IMG/VR virus record: IMGVR_UViG_3300031616_000001
Span: 1-64,000 of that record
Strand: one strand, 5' to 3'
Source: a virus
DNA: 64,000 nt
The stretch's first letter is position 1. Each line of letters begins with the position of its first letter. Under the pieces are notes generated by a model. The model was given only the letters and a program-made list of their open reading frames with translations, was not told the origin of the DNA and searched no databases. This document shows positions 40,376-49,234 of this stretch, in pieces. Position numbers and translations under genes: made by a program.

Positions 40376-41038
40376 TTAGATCTCTTGAACCTCTGCGGTG
40401 AACATCCCGAACGAGCCCGGCGTCGTGCTGCCAGGTCGCCAATCGCAGAGCCCCTTATATTCGCCGGAGAAGCTCACGATCTCCTGGAGAACTCGCTTAG
40501 TGATCTGCTTGTCCCAGACGCTGATCGTTCCGGTCGCTGACCATCGATCGAAGCGGGGACGAACGCGAATGTGTTTGCTCTTGCCGATCTTGGCGCGCTT
40601 CACGAACAGGCTGAAGCCCATCGCAGCACATGCCACCTTGTGCTCGGCGAAATCTTGGACCTTCATCAGGTCTGCAATCGGCGCCCATAGCAGCGGCTGA
40701 CCGTCGATCAGAAGCGGCCAGTGCATGTCATCGACACGCATGCCACTCTGGGTCTGAGCTTTGAAAGTCTTGTTGCCGCGTCCGCCTGGCACGGGGACCA
40801 TGGCGCCGCCTTCCATCAGGCACCGCATCAGGTTGTCGACCGGAACAGTCACGAACTGTTCATCCTGGTAGCAGCTGCCGAGCCAACGCCACGCCGGTGT
40901 TCTGTCATCGCCAGCCTTGCTCGACTTTTGATTGGCGGCATCATCCTTCCATGCCGACATCCTGTCCGCCCAGTCGATATCATCAGAGTGCATCAGTAGC
41001 GGCGTCTTGCCTGTGATGGTCACTGAGAATTTCTTCAT
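40376..41038 (-). CDS. Solitary Cas7/RAMP-like RNA-binding protein
   Basis: RAMP hallmarks: N-terminal strand FSVTITGKTPLLMH, VPVDNLMRCL (equivalent to iPgsslKG), HIRVRPRF..W, and C-terminal Gly-rich loop GEYKGLCDWRPGSTTPGSFGMF; AGGAGG RBS. Confidence 0.7.
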   Translation of the reverse strand: MKKFSVTITGKTPLLMHSDDIDWADRMSAWKDDAANQKSSKAGDDRTPAWRWLGSCYQDEQFVTVPVDNLMRCLMEGGAMVPVPGGRGNKTFKAQTQSGMRVDDMHWPLLIDGQPLLWAPIADLMKVQDFAEHKVACAAMGFSLFVKRAKIGKSKHIRVRPRFDRWSATGTISVWDKQITKRVLQEIVSFSGEYKGLCDWRPGSTTPGSFGMFTAEVQEI

Positions 41039-41060
41039 CGCTTCCTCCTAGAGTTGATCA

Positions 41061-41380
41061 ATGCGCATTGCGCCCTTGCCACACCACACCTTGCCCGGCC
41101 GTGCCCAGCCCGGGCGAGCCATGCCAAGCCTTGGCTGGAGTGGTGCATTCGCACCGGCAACCATCGCACGCGACGGAAGCCGCTGTGAACAGCCCTTGCC
41201 AAGCCTGACCGCGCCGCGCCCCGCCGTGCCGAGGCTTGCCATGCCATGTCAGGCCACGCCGCGCTAGTGCAACCGCACCGGGATAACGGCAGAACCGCCA
41301 ACCCGCTGCGTTCGCAGCCCCTGCCAGGCCGAGCCGTGCCTTGCACTGCCACGGCGTGCCATGCCGCGCCACACCGAGTG
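41061..41380 (-). repeat. Array of three (GGY-NN)n pentamer units separated by hairpins; candidate guide ncRNAs
   Basis: Phased 5-nt repeats at 41316-41375, 41191-41265 and 41071-41135, each ending GGCA(A/G)GGGC followed by a hairpin. Confidence 0.9.
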
Positions 41381-41396
41381 GCATCATGGAAGTAGT

Positions 41397-41945
41397 TCAA
41401 TGCGGGCTCCTGTGACGCGGCTTGGCCATATACCGAGCGCCTTCGCGCTCGCTCGGCTCGAACTCGAATGTCACGCCGTACTGCACGATCGCGTCGTCGA
41501 TGATCTGATCGGTCCAGATCGCGTACTTCTTCGGGCCCAGCGATTCGCTCGAGACATAGACCTTGTGCGGCGTGCGCTTCTTCGCCACGCGCCGCACGCC
41601 GGTCTTCTTGTCGACCACCTCGCCGCGGCGCATTTCCCAATGGAAGAGAAAGCGTTCGTTGTAGACGAGCTTCCACTGGTCGACGGGCCAGAGTTCAGTT
41701 TTTCCGGTCAGCTGACCCTTGCTGTCGAAGAGCGGAATGCGCACCTGATCGCTGATCTGCTTCAGCACGGCGCCGTGCAGAAACTTGCGCTGCTTGATCG
41801 TGATCGGATCCAGCGCCGGGCCCACCCGCAGCTCTACCTGTTCGCCGTTGTCGAGGAGGCATCGCGCATGAGTCATCGCAGCAATGAACTTCTCACGCGC
41901 TCCGGCTTCGGTCGCGATCACCACGAGGTAGATCTCGTCGTTCAT
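41397..41945 (-). CDS. NinB-like recombination protein
   Basis: TIKQRKFLHG.VL..IS.QV...WK......FL...SSESL...Y..W.DQI...A...GV.F. Confidence 0.6.
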   Translation of the reverse strand: MNDEIYLVVIATEAGAREKFIAAMTHARCLLDNGEQVELRVGPALDPITIKQRKFLHGAVLKQISDQVRIPLFDSKGQLTGKTELWPVDQWKLVYNERFLFHWEMRRGEVVDKKTGVRRVAKKRTPHKVYVSSESLGPKKYAIWTDQIIDDAIVQYGVTFEFEPSEREGARYMAKPRHRSPH

Positions 41946-42235
41946 TCGGCCAGCCTCCGCAGCACGTCGGCCAGCAGATCGAACTCACTGCCGACACCCA
42001 AGGCAAGCATGAGCGGTGGCTTTGCCAGATGCACGGACGCGCGCGTCCCGTTGTGATGCATCTCGCACAGCGGAATGGTGAGGAAGTCGTCGCGCGCAAT
42101 CCGGCCCTCGCGGATGTGGTGTACCTGTGCCCCCGCGTGGCCGTAGCCGAGGCGATGGCAAACGATGCATCCGATTTCAGCGACGCGACCCATGTGGCGC
42201 GAGGCTGCGGCGGTGGCGGCGATCTTGCGGCGCAT
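41942..42235 (-). CDS. Ref/DUF968-like HNH-type nuclease
   Basis: HMGRVAEIGCIVC...QVHHIR...TIPLCEMHH. Confidence 0.75.
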   Translation of the reverse strand: MRRKIAATAAASRHMGRVAEIGCIVCHRLGYGHAGAQVHHIREGRIARDDFLTIPLCEMHHNGTRASVHLAKPPLMLALGVGSEFDLLADVLRRLAE

Positions 42236-42236
42236 C

Positions 42237-43136
42237 TCAGGCCTCTACGCCGAACTTCTTCGCCGCGGCGATGCGCAGTGCGGCGCGATCGTCTTCAGGC
42301 ATGTGAGCGATGCCATCGAGCAGCAGGTCGACCTCGGCCTGGTTGCGGGCCGTCGTGATGCGCTTGAAGAGGCGTTCGAACTCCGTGGGCTTCACGGCGG
42401 ACGGCGCGAACGCTGCGCGAACCGTAAGCGGCGCCGGCAGCGTGCGCCTTGCGATCTTCTGCAGCTTGGCGGGCATGTCTTCGACGGCCGCGAAGGGCGC
42501 GCGCAGGATGCGCTCGTACTCGTCGACCATGGCCTTGAACTCCATGAGATCGCTCTCGAGCTTTTCGATGAAGTCGTCGTCGCGGTAGATCCGCTTGCGC
42601 CAGAGTTGCTTGCCGGCTGGCGCCAGGGCAGGGCAGTACAGGCAGAAGTCCATCCACTGCCGACGGCTGATCCACAGGCCGCCCTGCACTTGATCGATGA
42701 CCATTGACGTGTCGCCGGTCGTCCAGATCTTGCGAAGCTTCAGCGGTGCCAGGAAGCACTTGTACTCAGCAGATCCATCGTCTTCGATGACACCGTCGAG
42801 GCTGCCGCCGAAGACCTCGTCGTCGGTCATGATGAAGCCGACGCGCTGCACGAACAGACCGATGTCGATCTCGTGCTCGTGCCGCGCGTCAGGCTCGAGC
42901 TCATGCCCGCGAGTCATGTACCACGTCTCGTAGTTCTCATCGAGCGGCTCGCCGCTGATGCGCTCGATGGCAATGCGGAACGCTTCGTCCTTGGCATCGC
43001 TGCTGTACTCACCGGCTTCATCACCACGCTTCAGCCGGGCGGACTCGCGCATCAGATGGAAGTTGGAGCACGTCAGCTTGCCGACGCGCGCCTGCTTCCA
43101 TGGCTTGCTGCCCTGCTCGCAGAGAACTTCTTTCAC
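42237..43136 (-). CDS. YqaJ/lambda-exonuclease family recombination nuclease
   Basis: QGSKPW..AR.G.LT.S, G..LEP.AR, GSLDG, EYKC, QVQGGLW motifs. Confidence 0.9.
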   Translation of the reverse strand: MKEVLCEQGSKPWKQARVGKLTCSNFHLMRESARLKRGDEAGEYSSDAKDEAFRIAIERISGEPLDENYETWYMTRGHELEPDARHEHEIDIGLFVQRVGFIMTDDEVFGGSLDGVIEDDGSAEYKCFLAPLKLRKIWTTGDTSMVIDQVQGGLWISRRQWMDFCLYCPALAPAGKQLWRKRIYRDDDFIEKLESDLMEFKAMVDEYERILRAPFAAVEDMPAKLQKIARRTLPAPLTVRAAFAPSAVKPTEFERLFKRITTARNQAEVDLLLDGIAHMPEDDRAALRIAAAKKFGVEA

Positions 43137-44296
43137 TTGGCCGCGCCCTTGCCTTCAGCCGCCTTGATGTCGCGCACGAAGTCGTCGTCGACTTCGCCTG
43201 TGCCGGGATCGGCGGCCTGCGCAGCCGTCTGAGGCGGCGGTGCATCGGCGGTGGTAGCGGCGGCCGGCGCAGGTGCGGACGCCGGAGCGTTGTCGACGGT
43301 GCGCTCGCGGTCGACGGCGACGGCCTTGTCCTTCAGGCGCTGGTGCTCACCGGCGAGCAGCCGGCGATTCTCTTGGCCGGTGCCGGCGAAGAACTTCTGA
43401 TAGGCGGCGACGCCCTTGTCAGCAGCGGTCTCGGCTGCCTTCAGGAGCGCATCGGGAATCTTCGGTCCGACGTCGTCGACCGGGCCCATGTCGCGCGGCG
43501 CGTTCATCTCCTGCAGGTCGTCGACCGTGTGCACGCCGAGCATGCACTGCGGCGCGTACATGCGCTGCCAGAGCTTCTGCGCGAGATAGAAGATCTGCTG
43601 CTGCGGGTTGGTCGTCCACAGCGTCGAGTTGCGCGTCAGCGCCTGCGCCATCAGCACCTCGAGGTACCGCGGCTCCTTCTCACCGGTGAGCGTCGTCCAC
43701 ACCTTGATGCCGAGGCCGACCTCGTCGGCGGGCTTCCAACCGGGCACCTTGTACTTCGCCGGATGGCCGTGATCGTCCTGCTTCTTCTTGCTCTCGCGCT
43801 CTTCGAAGCGGCCGTTGATCTTCGTCCAGTCGCCGAAGTATTCGATGTGCAGCGCCTCCTTGATGGCGCCCATGTTCTTCATCACGGCGCCGATGACCTG
43901 CGACTCGTAGCCGAGCTTGCCATTGATCATGTGCGTCTTCTCCGCGAGGCCGTAGAAGTCCAGGCCCCATCGGTCGGCGCGCATGGCGATCGCCGTGCAG
44001 TCGGCGGCGTTGCCCTTCAGGTGTGCCGGCAGCGTGGCATTGCCCTTCGACACGAACGAGCCGAAGTCCATGTAGGCCTTCATGGCGGCGGCGTTCGTGA
44101 TCTGCGAGAGGCCGAGGCTGGAGTTCTCGGTCATCGCGACGAGCGCCTGCTCGACGCGGGCCATCAGCCGCACGCCATCCGCGGTTGTCGCCAGCTCCGT
44201 CGACGAGCGCAGGTCGCGCAGCAGTTCGGGGATGCCGCCGGCGCTCGGCGCGATGGTCGCGGTGCTGATCTCGGTGCTCGTGTCTTGCGTCGTCAT
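43133..44296 (-). CDS. recT: RecT-family single-strand annealing protein
   Basis: LPAHLKG..ADC.AI.M.A.RW.LD....A.KTH.INGKLGYE.Q...RNSTLW...P.QQ..YLA...W.R.YAP..MLGV. Confidence 0.85.
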   Translation of the reverse strand: MTTQDTSTEISTATIAPSAGGIPELLRDLRSSTELATTADGVRLMARVEQALVAMTENSSLGLSQITNAAAMKAYMDFGSFVSKGNATLPAHLKGNAADCTAIAMRADRWGLDFYGLAEKTHMINGKLGYESQVIGAVMKNMGAIKEALHIEYFGDWTKINGRFEERESKKKQDDHGHPAKYKVPGWKPADEVGLGIKVWTTLTGEKEPRYLEVLMAQALTRNSTLWTTNPQQQIFYLAQKLWQRMYAPQCMLGVHTVDDLQEMNAPRDMGPVDDVGPKIPDALLKAAETAADKGVAAYQKFFAGTGQENRRLLAGEHQRLKDKAVAVDRERTVDNAPASAPAPAAATTADAPPPQTAAQAADPGTGEVDDDFVRDIKAAEGKGAAK

Positions 44297-44327
44297 GTCG
44301 GTCTTTCTTCGGCGTTCGCCGTGGTGG

Positions 44328-46811
44328 TCAGATCTTCTCGAGGAGGGCGAGCTCGACGCGCAGCTCGGCCGCGCGCTTCTCGTGGTGCTTGATGCGCTGC
44401 GGCAGACCATCGAATTCGGCCTTGAGGTGCGCGGTGTCGGACTCGGCGCTGGCGATCAGCTTGCGCACGTAGATGGCCTTGAACCAGGCGACGGTCTTCG
44501 CGGCGCCGAGACGGATCAGGTCGCCGGCGACGAGGTGCGGCGCCGAGCGCGTTGGGGTCAAGACGGCGCTCATTGCGATCTCCCTGTTGCTTCGAGAAGC
44601 ACCGCGCGCATCTCCGTTTCCATCGCCAGGTCATCGCGGCGGTCGCCGCCGAGCGACTTGAAGTCGGGCTGATGCAGGCGCACCAGCGCGGCGACGGCGG
44701 CCCAGTGACAGGAGAAGGCGCCGATCACCTGCGGCTGCCGCATGTTGTTCGCGAGGATCACGCGCTTGCCCGACACGTAGGGCTGCGCTTCGCTGACGCC
44801 GCCGGGCTTCACGCGGTTTGCCTCGCCGTTCTGATGCGCGCGTCGCGGTTGGCGCAGATCACCATGTCGGACGCTTGACCGATCGTGGCGTCGATGGCCT
44901 GGCGGCGGCGCTCGGCATTGGCCTGAGCGGTCTTCAGGCCTTCGGCGCTTCGCGCGCCTGCCAGGTCGGCCTGACGCAGGCGTGATTCCTCGGCGCCCCA
45001 GGCCAGCATCGCGTCGGCGTCCATGTCGCGGTACATCACAGCCGAGACTCGTCCGCGGTGATGCAACGCGCGTCTGGGTCGTGTTGCGTGAAGAGTCCGC
45101 CGTCGACCACGATGACCGCTGCCGACGTCGGCGACTGAGGCGCGAAGGCCGCGCGGGCCGCACGCCTCAAGGCTTCGCAATGCTGATCCTGCGCGCTGGA
45201 ATCGGGGTCGCAGCACCCGCGCCCGTTGGGCATGGGCGTCGAAGAGCGGATGGCGTCGTCGGCGACGAACTGGATGAGGTTGTCCAGCGCGTCCTCGAAG
45301 GCTTCCTCGTGCGGGTTGACTGCCGGCGCCGGCGCGACGGGCAGACCACGTATATCGGCAGGTGTGTGCTGTGCTGTCATGACGTGGTCCCGGTTGCTTT
45401 GGCGATTGCGGCGCGAGCGGCCATCAAGCGCAAACGATCCTCATGGCGCTCCTGCTGCGTGGTGGGCGCACCAGCGCGGCAGTAGGCTTCGTCTAAACCC
45501 TGCAGCGCAGCCAGCAAATCAGGCGCGCCGGCTGCATCAAGTGCGGATTGCGCATCAGCGAGGTGCTCTTGCCCGTAGACCTTCCACGCGTCGTCGAAGT
45601 CAACGTTGCACTCATCTGCGGCTCGCTTGCACAAGGCTCGCGCTGCGGCGACAACCATCGGCGTGTGCTGCGCGTTCATGCGGCGCGCCCGGTAGCCGCG
45701 ACGATGTCAGCAGCCGTGAGCCGCCGGCATTGCCCGATGTGTCGCGGCGGACCCATGGAGTCGCCGTGGCCAGCCCAGCCCCAATACATGCAGGCGTTCG
45801 GGTTGATCTCGGCGATCTGCCGGCGCAGCGCGTTGACTTGCGCGACGCGCCCCAACTCGCTGCGAAGATTCGGCCACTCGGTGATGGCGTTGATCTTGCG
45901 CCAGGTCTCGGCAAACGAGCCGCCGCGGCAGACCGCGAGCAGTTCGCGCTGCAGGTCGTCAACGGTGCGCGGCACCGGCGGTTGCTCCGCGCTCACAGCC
46001 CGAACCCCAGCTTCCAGCAGGCTGACGCCGCCGCGGCGACGCCGATCGCGGCGATCCACATCCACGGGAACCAGGTCGGATCAGGCTCGGCCACGCGCGC
46101 CGGCGCCGGCCGCGATGCCGTGGCGCCGATGTGATGCACGACGGCCGTGTGGAACTCGACGAGCGGCGGCAGCGGCGTGCCGGGCACGGCCGGCCGCAAG
46201 ACGAGGCGTGCGCCGGCCTTCACGACAGATCTCCGCGCTTGACGAAGAGCACGAGCGCCGCGGCCGCCGCGATGCCACCGTTCCAGGCGCTGCCCACGGA
46301 CAGCGCCGCGACGAGGTTGCCGGCGCCGAGCGCGCCGAGCCAGATCCGGTAGGTCATGACTGCTCCTCGAAGTCGAGAGGGATGTCGCAGACGTCCTGTG
46401 TTTCCGCAGCTGGCGGCTCGCGCAGCACCAGCGCCAGCTCGGCGCGCACGCGGTCCTTTGCCACGGACTTGCGGAAGCTCTGGCTCACCGCGATGAGCCG
46501 CACCTGCGCGCCGGGATACAGAAAGGTGGGGGCGACGGTCACGACGCCGCCGGCTTGTTGCCTGCCGCCGGCGCAACGACATGCACCTGGTAGTCCGTGG
46601 GGGCGATGGAATTCCAGACGGCGAAGTCAGGATCCAGACGCTGCTGGGCTTCGCGCAGCGCCGCGCGTTCGGCGCGTCCCGCGCGGACGACGCGCATGTC
46701 TTCGCTGTAGTCGAAGGCCCAGTCGTGCGCCGTGAGTGCGGCGACGTAGGCCGCCTGCTGTTCATCGCTGACGGCCTGCCCGACGGGTACGCCCGGTGTG
46801 GTGTCTGTCAT
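44328..46811 (-). other. First pL-operon genes: about ten small hypothetical ORFs
   Basis: Mostly overlapping minus-strand ORFs 44328-44573, 44570-44812, 44809-45036, 45036-45380, 45377-45679, 45676-45996, 45993-46223, 46220-46357, 46354-46542, 46539-46811. Confidence 0.55.
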
Positions 46812-46853
46812 CTCGGTGTCCTCCGACACGTGATTTCGAATGGGTCTGAACGC

Positions 46854-46893
46854 ACTATAGCAGCGCAAAGCAAAAACGCAAGCATTGCTAAAT
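46854..46893 (-). promoter_or_regulatory. pL-like promoter with overlapping operator-like sites
   Basis: TTGCGT-N16-TATAGT with extended TG; CGCAAGCATTGCTAAAT palindrome overlaps the -35 element. Confidence 0.65.
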
Positions 46894-46947
46894 ATCATTC
46901 CGTGGAGAATCGGGGCCCCCGACGCCAATCCACCTGGGAGACGCTCC

Positions 46948-47511
46948 ATGAAAGCACTCGTCGCCATTGCAGTGTTGTCCGCGGCATCCGCGCACGCTCA
47001 GCTGGCTTTCAAAGGTCTGCCGCTCGGTGTCGATCGACAGCAGCTGACGCAGCAGTTCCCATCGCTGCGATGCCAACAGGTACCGCCGCAGTTCAGTCGC
47101 CTCGGCGAGCAGCGCTGCACCAGCGCACCGTGCAACAGCGATGCATGCAGGGCCTCAGAGAAGGCCCTGGGTTCTTACGGCGGCATGCCGGCATGGGACA
47201 CCGGCTTTTCAGTCGTCGGCGGCCGCGTGGCGGCTTTCGATCTCGTCGTCAACGCGACATCGTATGAGGCCGTGCGCGAGGCATTGCGCGAAGTCCATGG
47301 CGCCGGCGAAGAGCAGGTCGTCGCCATGCAGACGGCCGGCGGCGCGAAGGTCAACGCGAGGCTGTGGACGGTGAAGACCGCCGACGGCAAGATCTCTCTG
47401 TACGAACGCGCCGTGAACTACGACACGGGCCGGGTGCAGGCAGAGACCACGGCGTTCACGCGGTGGTTGGAGGCTGCTCCGGCTTCGCGAAAAAACGCAC
47501 GTGATTTATGA
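46948..47511 (+). CDS. Exported periplasmic protein (lysogen-expressed or superinfection-exclusion candidate)
   Basis: Signal peptide MKALVAIAVLSAASAHA; GGAG RBS; lies in the immunity region. Confidence 0.65.
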   Translation: MKALVAIAVLSAASAHAQLAFKGLPLGVDRQQLTQQFPSLRCQQVPPQFSRLGEQRCTSAPCNSDACRASEKALGSYGGMPAWDTGFSVVGGRVAAFDLVVNATSYEAVREALREVHGAGEEQVVAMQTAGGAKVNARLWTVKTADGKISLYERAVNYDTGRVQAETTAFTRWLEAAPASRKNARDL

Positions 47512-47644
47512 ACGTGCCTATACGGTGGTGGCGTGCATCACCAAAACGGGGCGCGTCATTGAGTCGGTGGATTCCCTCGAATTCCACCCTACCGATCGCA
47601 GCGACAAGCCGCTAAAGTGTTTCATTGAATTAAGGACGGTTTCA

Positions 47645-48127
47645 ATGAAGTACAGGTGGCAATACGACGCCGCATCGGCGACGGCAGAATTTCACGACGG
47701 CCTGTGTGTCGTCGACCTCCGCGGCCTCATGACGGCGGACGCGATCAGCGAGCTATCAGCGGACATTCAAAAGCACATGGTGACGCCGACGTATGTCGTC
47801 GTGTGCTGCTGGGACAAATCCGTGTTGGCGGTGGAGGTTGGCGACGGCGACAAACCCGGTGAAAACCCGATACGCGTGCCGGTCGTCAACGTCGTCAGCT
47901 CGGGAGAGCGCGACGCGTTCGAACGGCACGCCGACAACATGATCCGCTATGGCTTGCTGCGGATCACGACCTTGTCTTTGGACGCCGCTTTGGGCTGGGC
48001 GGCGCGGAAGGCGGTCGTCTCCGAGTGGAGCCAAGAGCTCCGCTTAACCGGACAGTTGCTCGCGCCGGTTTCACCAGCGCGGGCACGGGTCCGATCTCCA
48101 GGTCGGCGACACACCGCTCGACTTTAA
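47645..48127 (+). CDS. Hypothetical protein, possibly STAS/SpoIIAA-like
   Basis: AGGA RBS; VVDLRGLMT.DAI..L alpha/beta pattern; overlaps the repressor 3' end convergently. Confidence 0.45.
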   Translation: MKYRWQYDAASATAEFHDGLCVVDLRGLMTADAISELSADIQKHMVTPTYVVVCCWDKSVLAVEVGDGDKPGENPIRVPVVNVVSSGERDAFERHADNMIRYGLLRITTLSLDAALGWAARKAVVSEWSQELRLTGQLLAPVSPARARVRSPGRRHTARL

Positions 48128-48482
48128 GCCTGGCTTCGTCGCTGGGCAGGTTGTCGTAGGCCCACGCGATGTTCAGCGCTTCCGGTGTGTACGCGCGCCG
48201 CTGAAAATCCTCGCGGGTCGGCCCGGGGATCGACGGCAGGTGCATGCGGGATTCCTTTCGGGCATTGATCTTCGCGATGATGTCTTCGACGTCGAGTAGC
48301 AGGATCTCCTCGGTCGTCGTACGAAGGATCGCCGCGACCTTGGCCAGGTTCTCCTTTTCGATCGTGCTGAAGCGGAACCAGTTGGACACGGCGCCGCCCG
48401 AGACCTCCAGGCGATTCGCCACGTCTATGTTCCGCAAGCCAAAGTGTTTGAAGAGTGACTTGAGCTTCGGGCCGATGTCCAT
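47964..48482 (-). CDS. cI: CI-like repressor (XRE HTH, no S24 peptidase domain seen)
   Basis: IGPKLKSL.....LRNIDVANRLEVSGGAVSNWF...ENLAKVAAIL.TTTEEIL; divergent from cro. Confidence 0.75.
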   Translation of the reverse strand: MDIGPKLKSLFKHFGLRNIDVANRLEVSGGAVSNWFRFSTIEKENLAKVAAILRTTTEEILLLDVEDIIAKINARKESRMHLPSIPGPTREDFQRRAYTPEALNIAWAYDNLPSDEARLKVERCVADLEIGPVPALVKPARATVRLSGALGSTRRRPPSAPPSPKRRPKTRS

Positions 48483-48504
48483 CTCGGAATTCTTGCAGAC
48501 GCGT

Positions 48505-48545
48505 GCTAAGCAATGCTTGCGCTTGAAACTTTGTAATGCTAAAGT
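48505..48545 (+). promoter_or_regulatory. pR-like promoter with two operator palindromes
   Basis: TTGCGC-N17-TAAAGT; GCTAAGCAATGCTTGCG and ACTTTGTAATGCTAAAG. Confidence 0.7.
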
Positions 48546-48552
48546 CTCTGTG

Positions 48553-48894
48553 ATGGACTTGAACACTTGGTGCAACGCGGAATCCGGCAGAGCCTCGCGC
48601 CTGCAGGAATACTTGACTTCGGTATTGCGCACGTCAGACCCCGGCAAGGAGATCGCCGACGCGCAGTTCTGGCAGTGGCGTCGCGAGGACGGCGATCCGC
48701 GCAAGCGCCCCATCCCGGCAACCATGGCCCTCGCGATTGAGGAATTCACGAAGGGCGAGGTCATGCGCTGGGAAAGCCGGCCGAAGGACTGGTTCCTGTA
48801 CTGGCCCGAGCTGAAGAAATACAGCGGCGCGCCACCACTGCCGACGGTGAGTCCGGCGACGGCTGACGAAGCCGCGGCGCTCTCGAAGACCTGA
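48553..48894 (+). CDS. cro: Cro/YdaS-like regulator
   Basis: QW....RPIP...ALAIE..TKG.V.R.E.RP.DW..YWPEL, the betaproteobacterial Cro pattern. Confidence 0.75.
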   Translation: MDLNTWCNAESGRASRLQEYLTSVLRTSDPGKEIADAQFWQWRREDGDPRKRPIPATMALAIEEFTKGEVMRWESRPKDWFLYWPELKKYSGAPPLPTVSPATADEAAALSKT

Positions 48895-49234
48895 TGTGGC
48901 CGGGGCGATCTGGCAAGCATTGCTTCCAGATTTCTGACTGAGCCTATTCACAAACAACCTCCGTTCCTCATTGGTGAAACCGATGTTGACAAGGATACCC
49001 GGTGACATTAGCAATGCAAAGCACTGAATTTGGGGGGTGTGCTGGGCACGCGCATTGCATCGGCCAGATCGCATCTGCGGTCAGCAGGCCGGCGGCCGAC
49101 CGGTTGCACGAGGGGAAACCCCCTTCGGAGAAGGTCGCCAGGCCGCGCCGCGCGCGCGTACGGTTTACCGATTCGCGGCTCCGCGCTGTTACAAAAAACT
49201 TTGCGTTGCTGAAGTCCATCGGCGGTGGCCGTCG

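Noticed and set aside
41061-41380. Classical CRISPR array
   Set aside because: There are no identical 23-47 bp repeats with unique spacers. The periodicity is 5 nt, so it is reported as a different repeat type.
41035-41676. ORFs across the pentamer array (41035-41676, 41048-41242, 41058-41387, 41061-41267)
   Set aside because: Low-complexity A/R/G/W/P translations in several frames are a by-product of the GGY-NN repeats; there is no convincing RBS or domain.
43100-44392. 430-aa plus-strand ORF
   Set aside because: Antisense shadow of recT.
48986-49015. Strong promoter at the perfect TTGACA
   Set aside because: No good TAnnnT -10 element at 16-18 bp spacing; kept only as an operator-like site.
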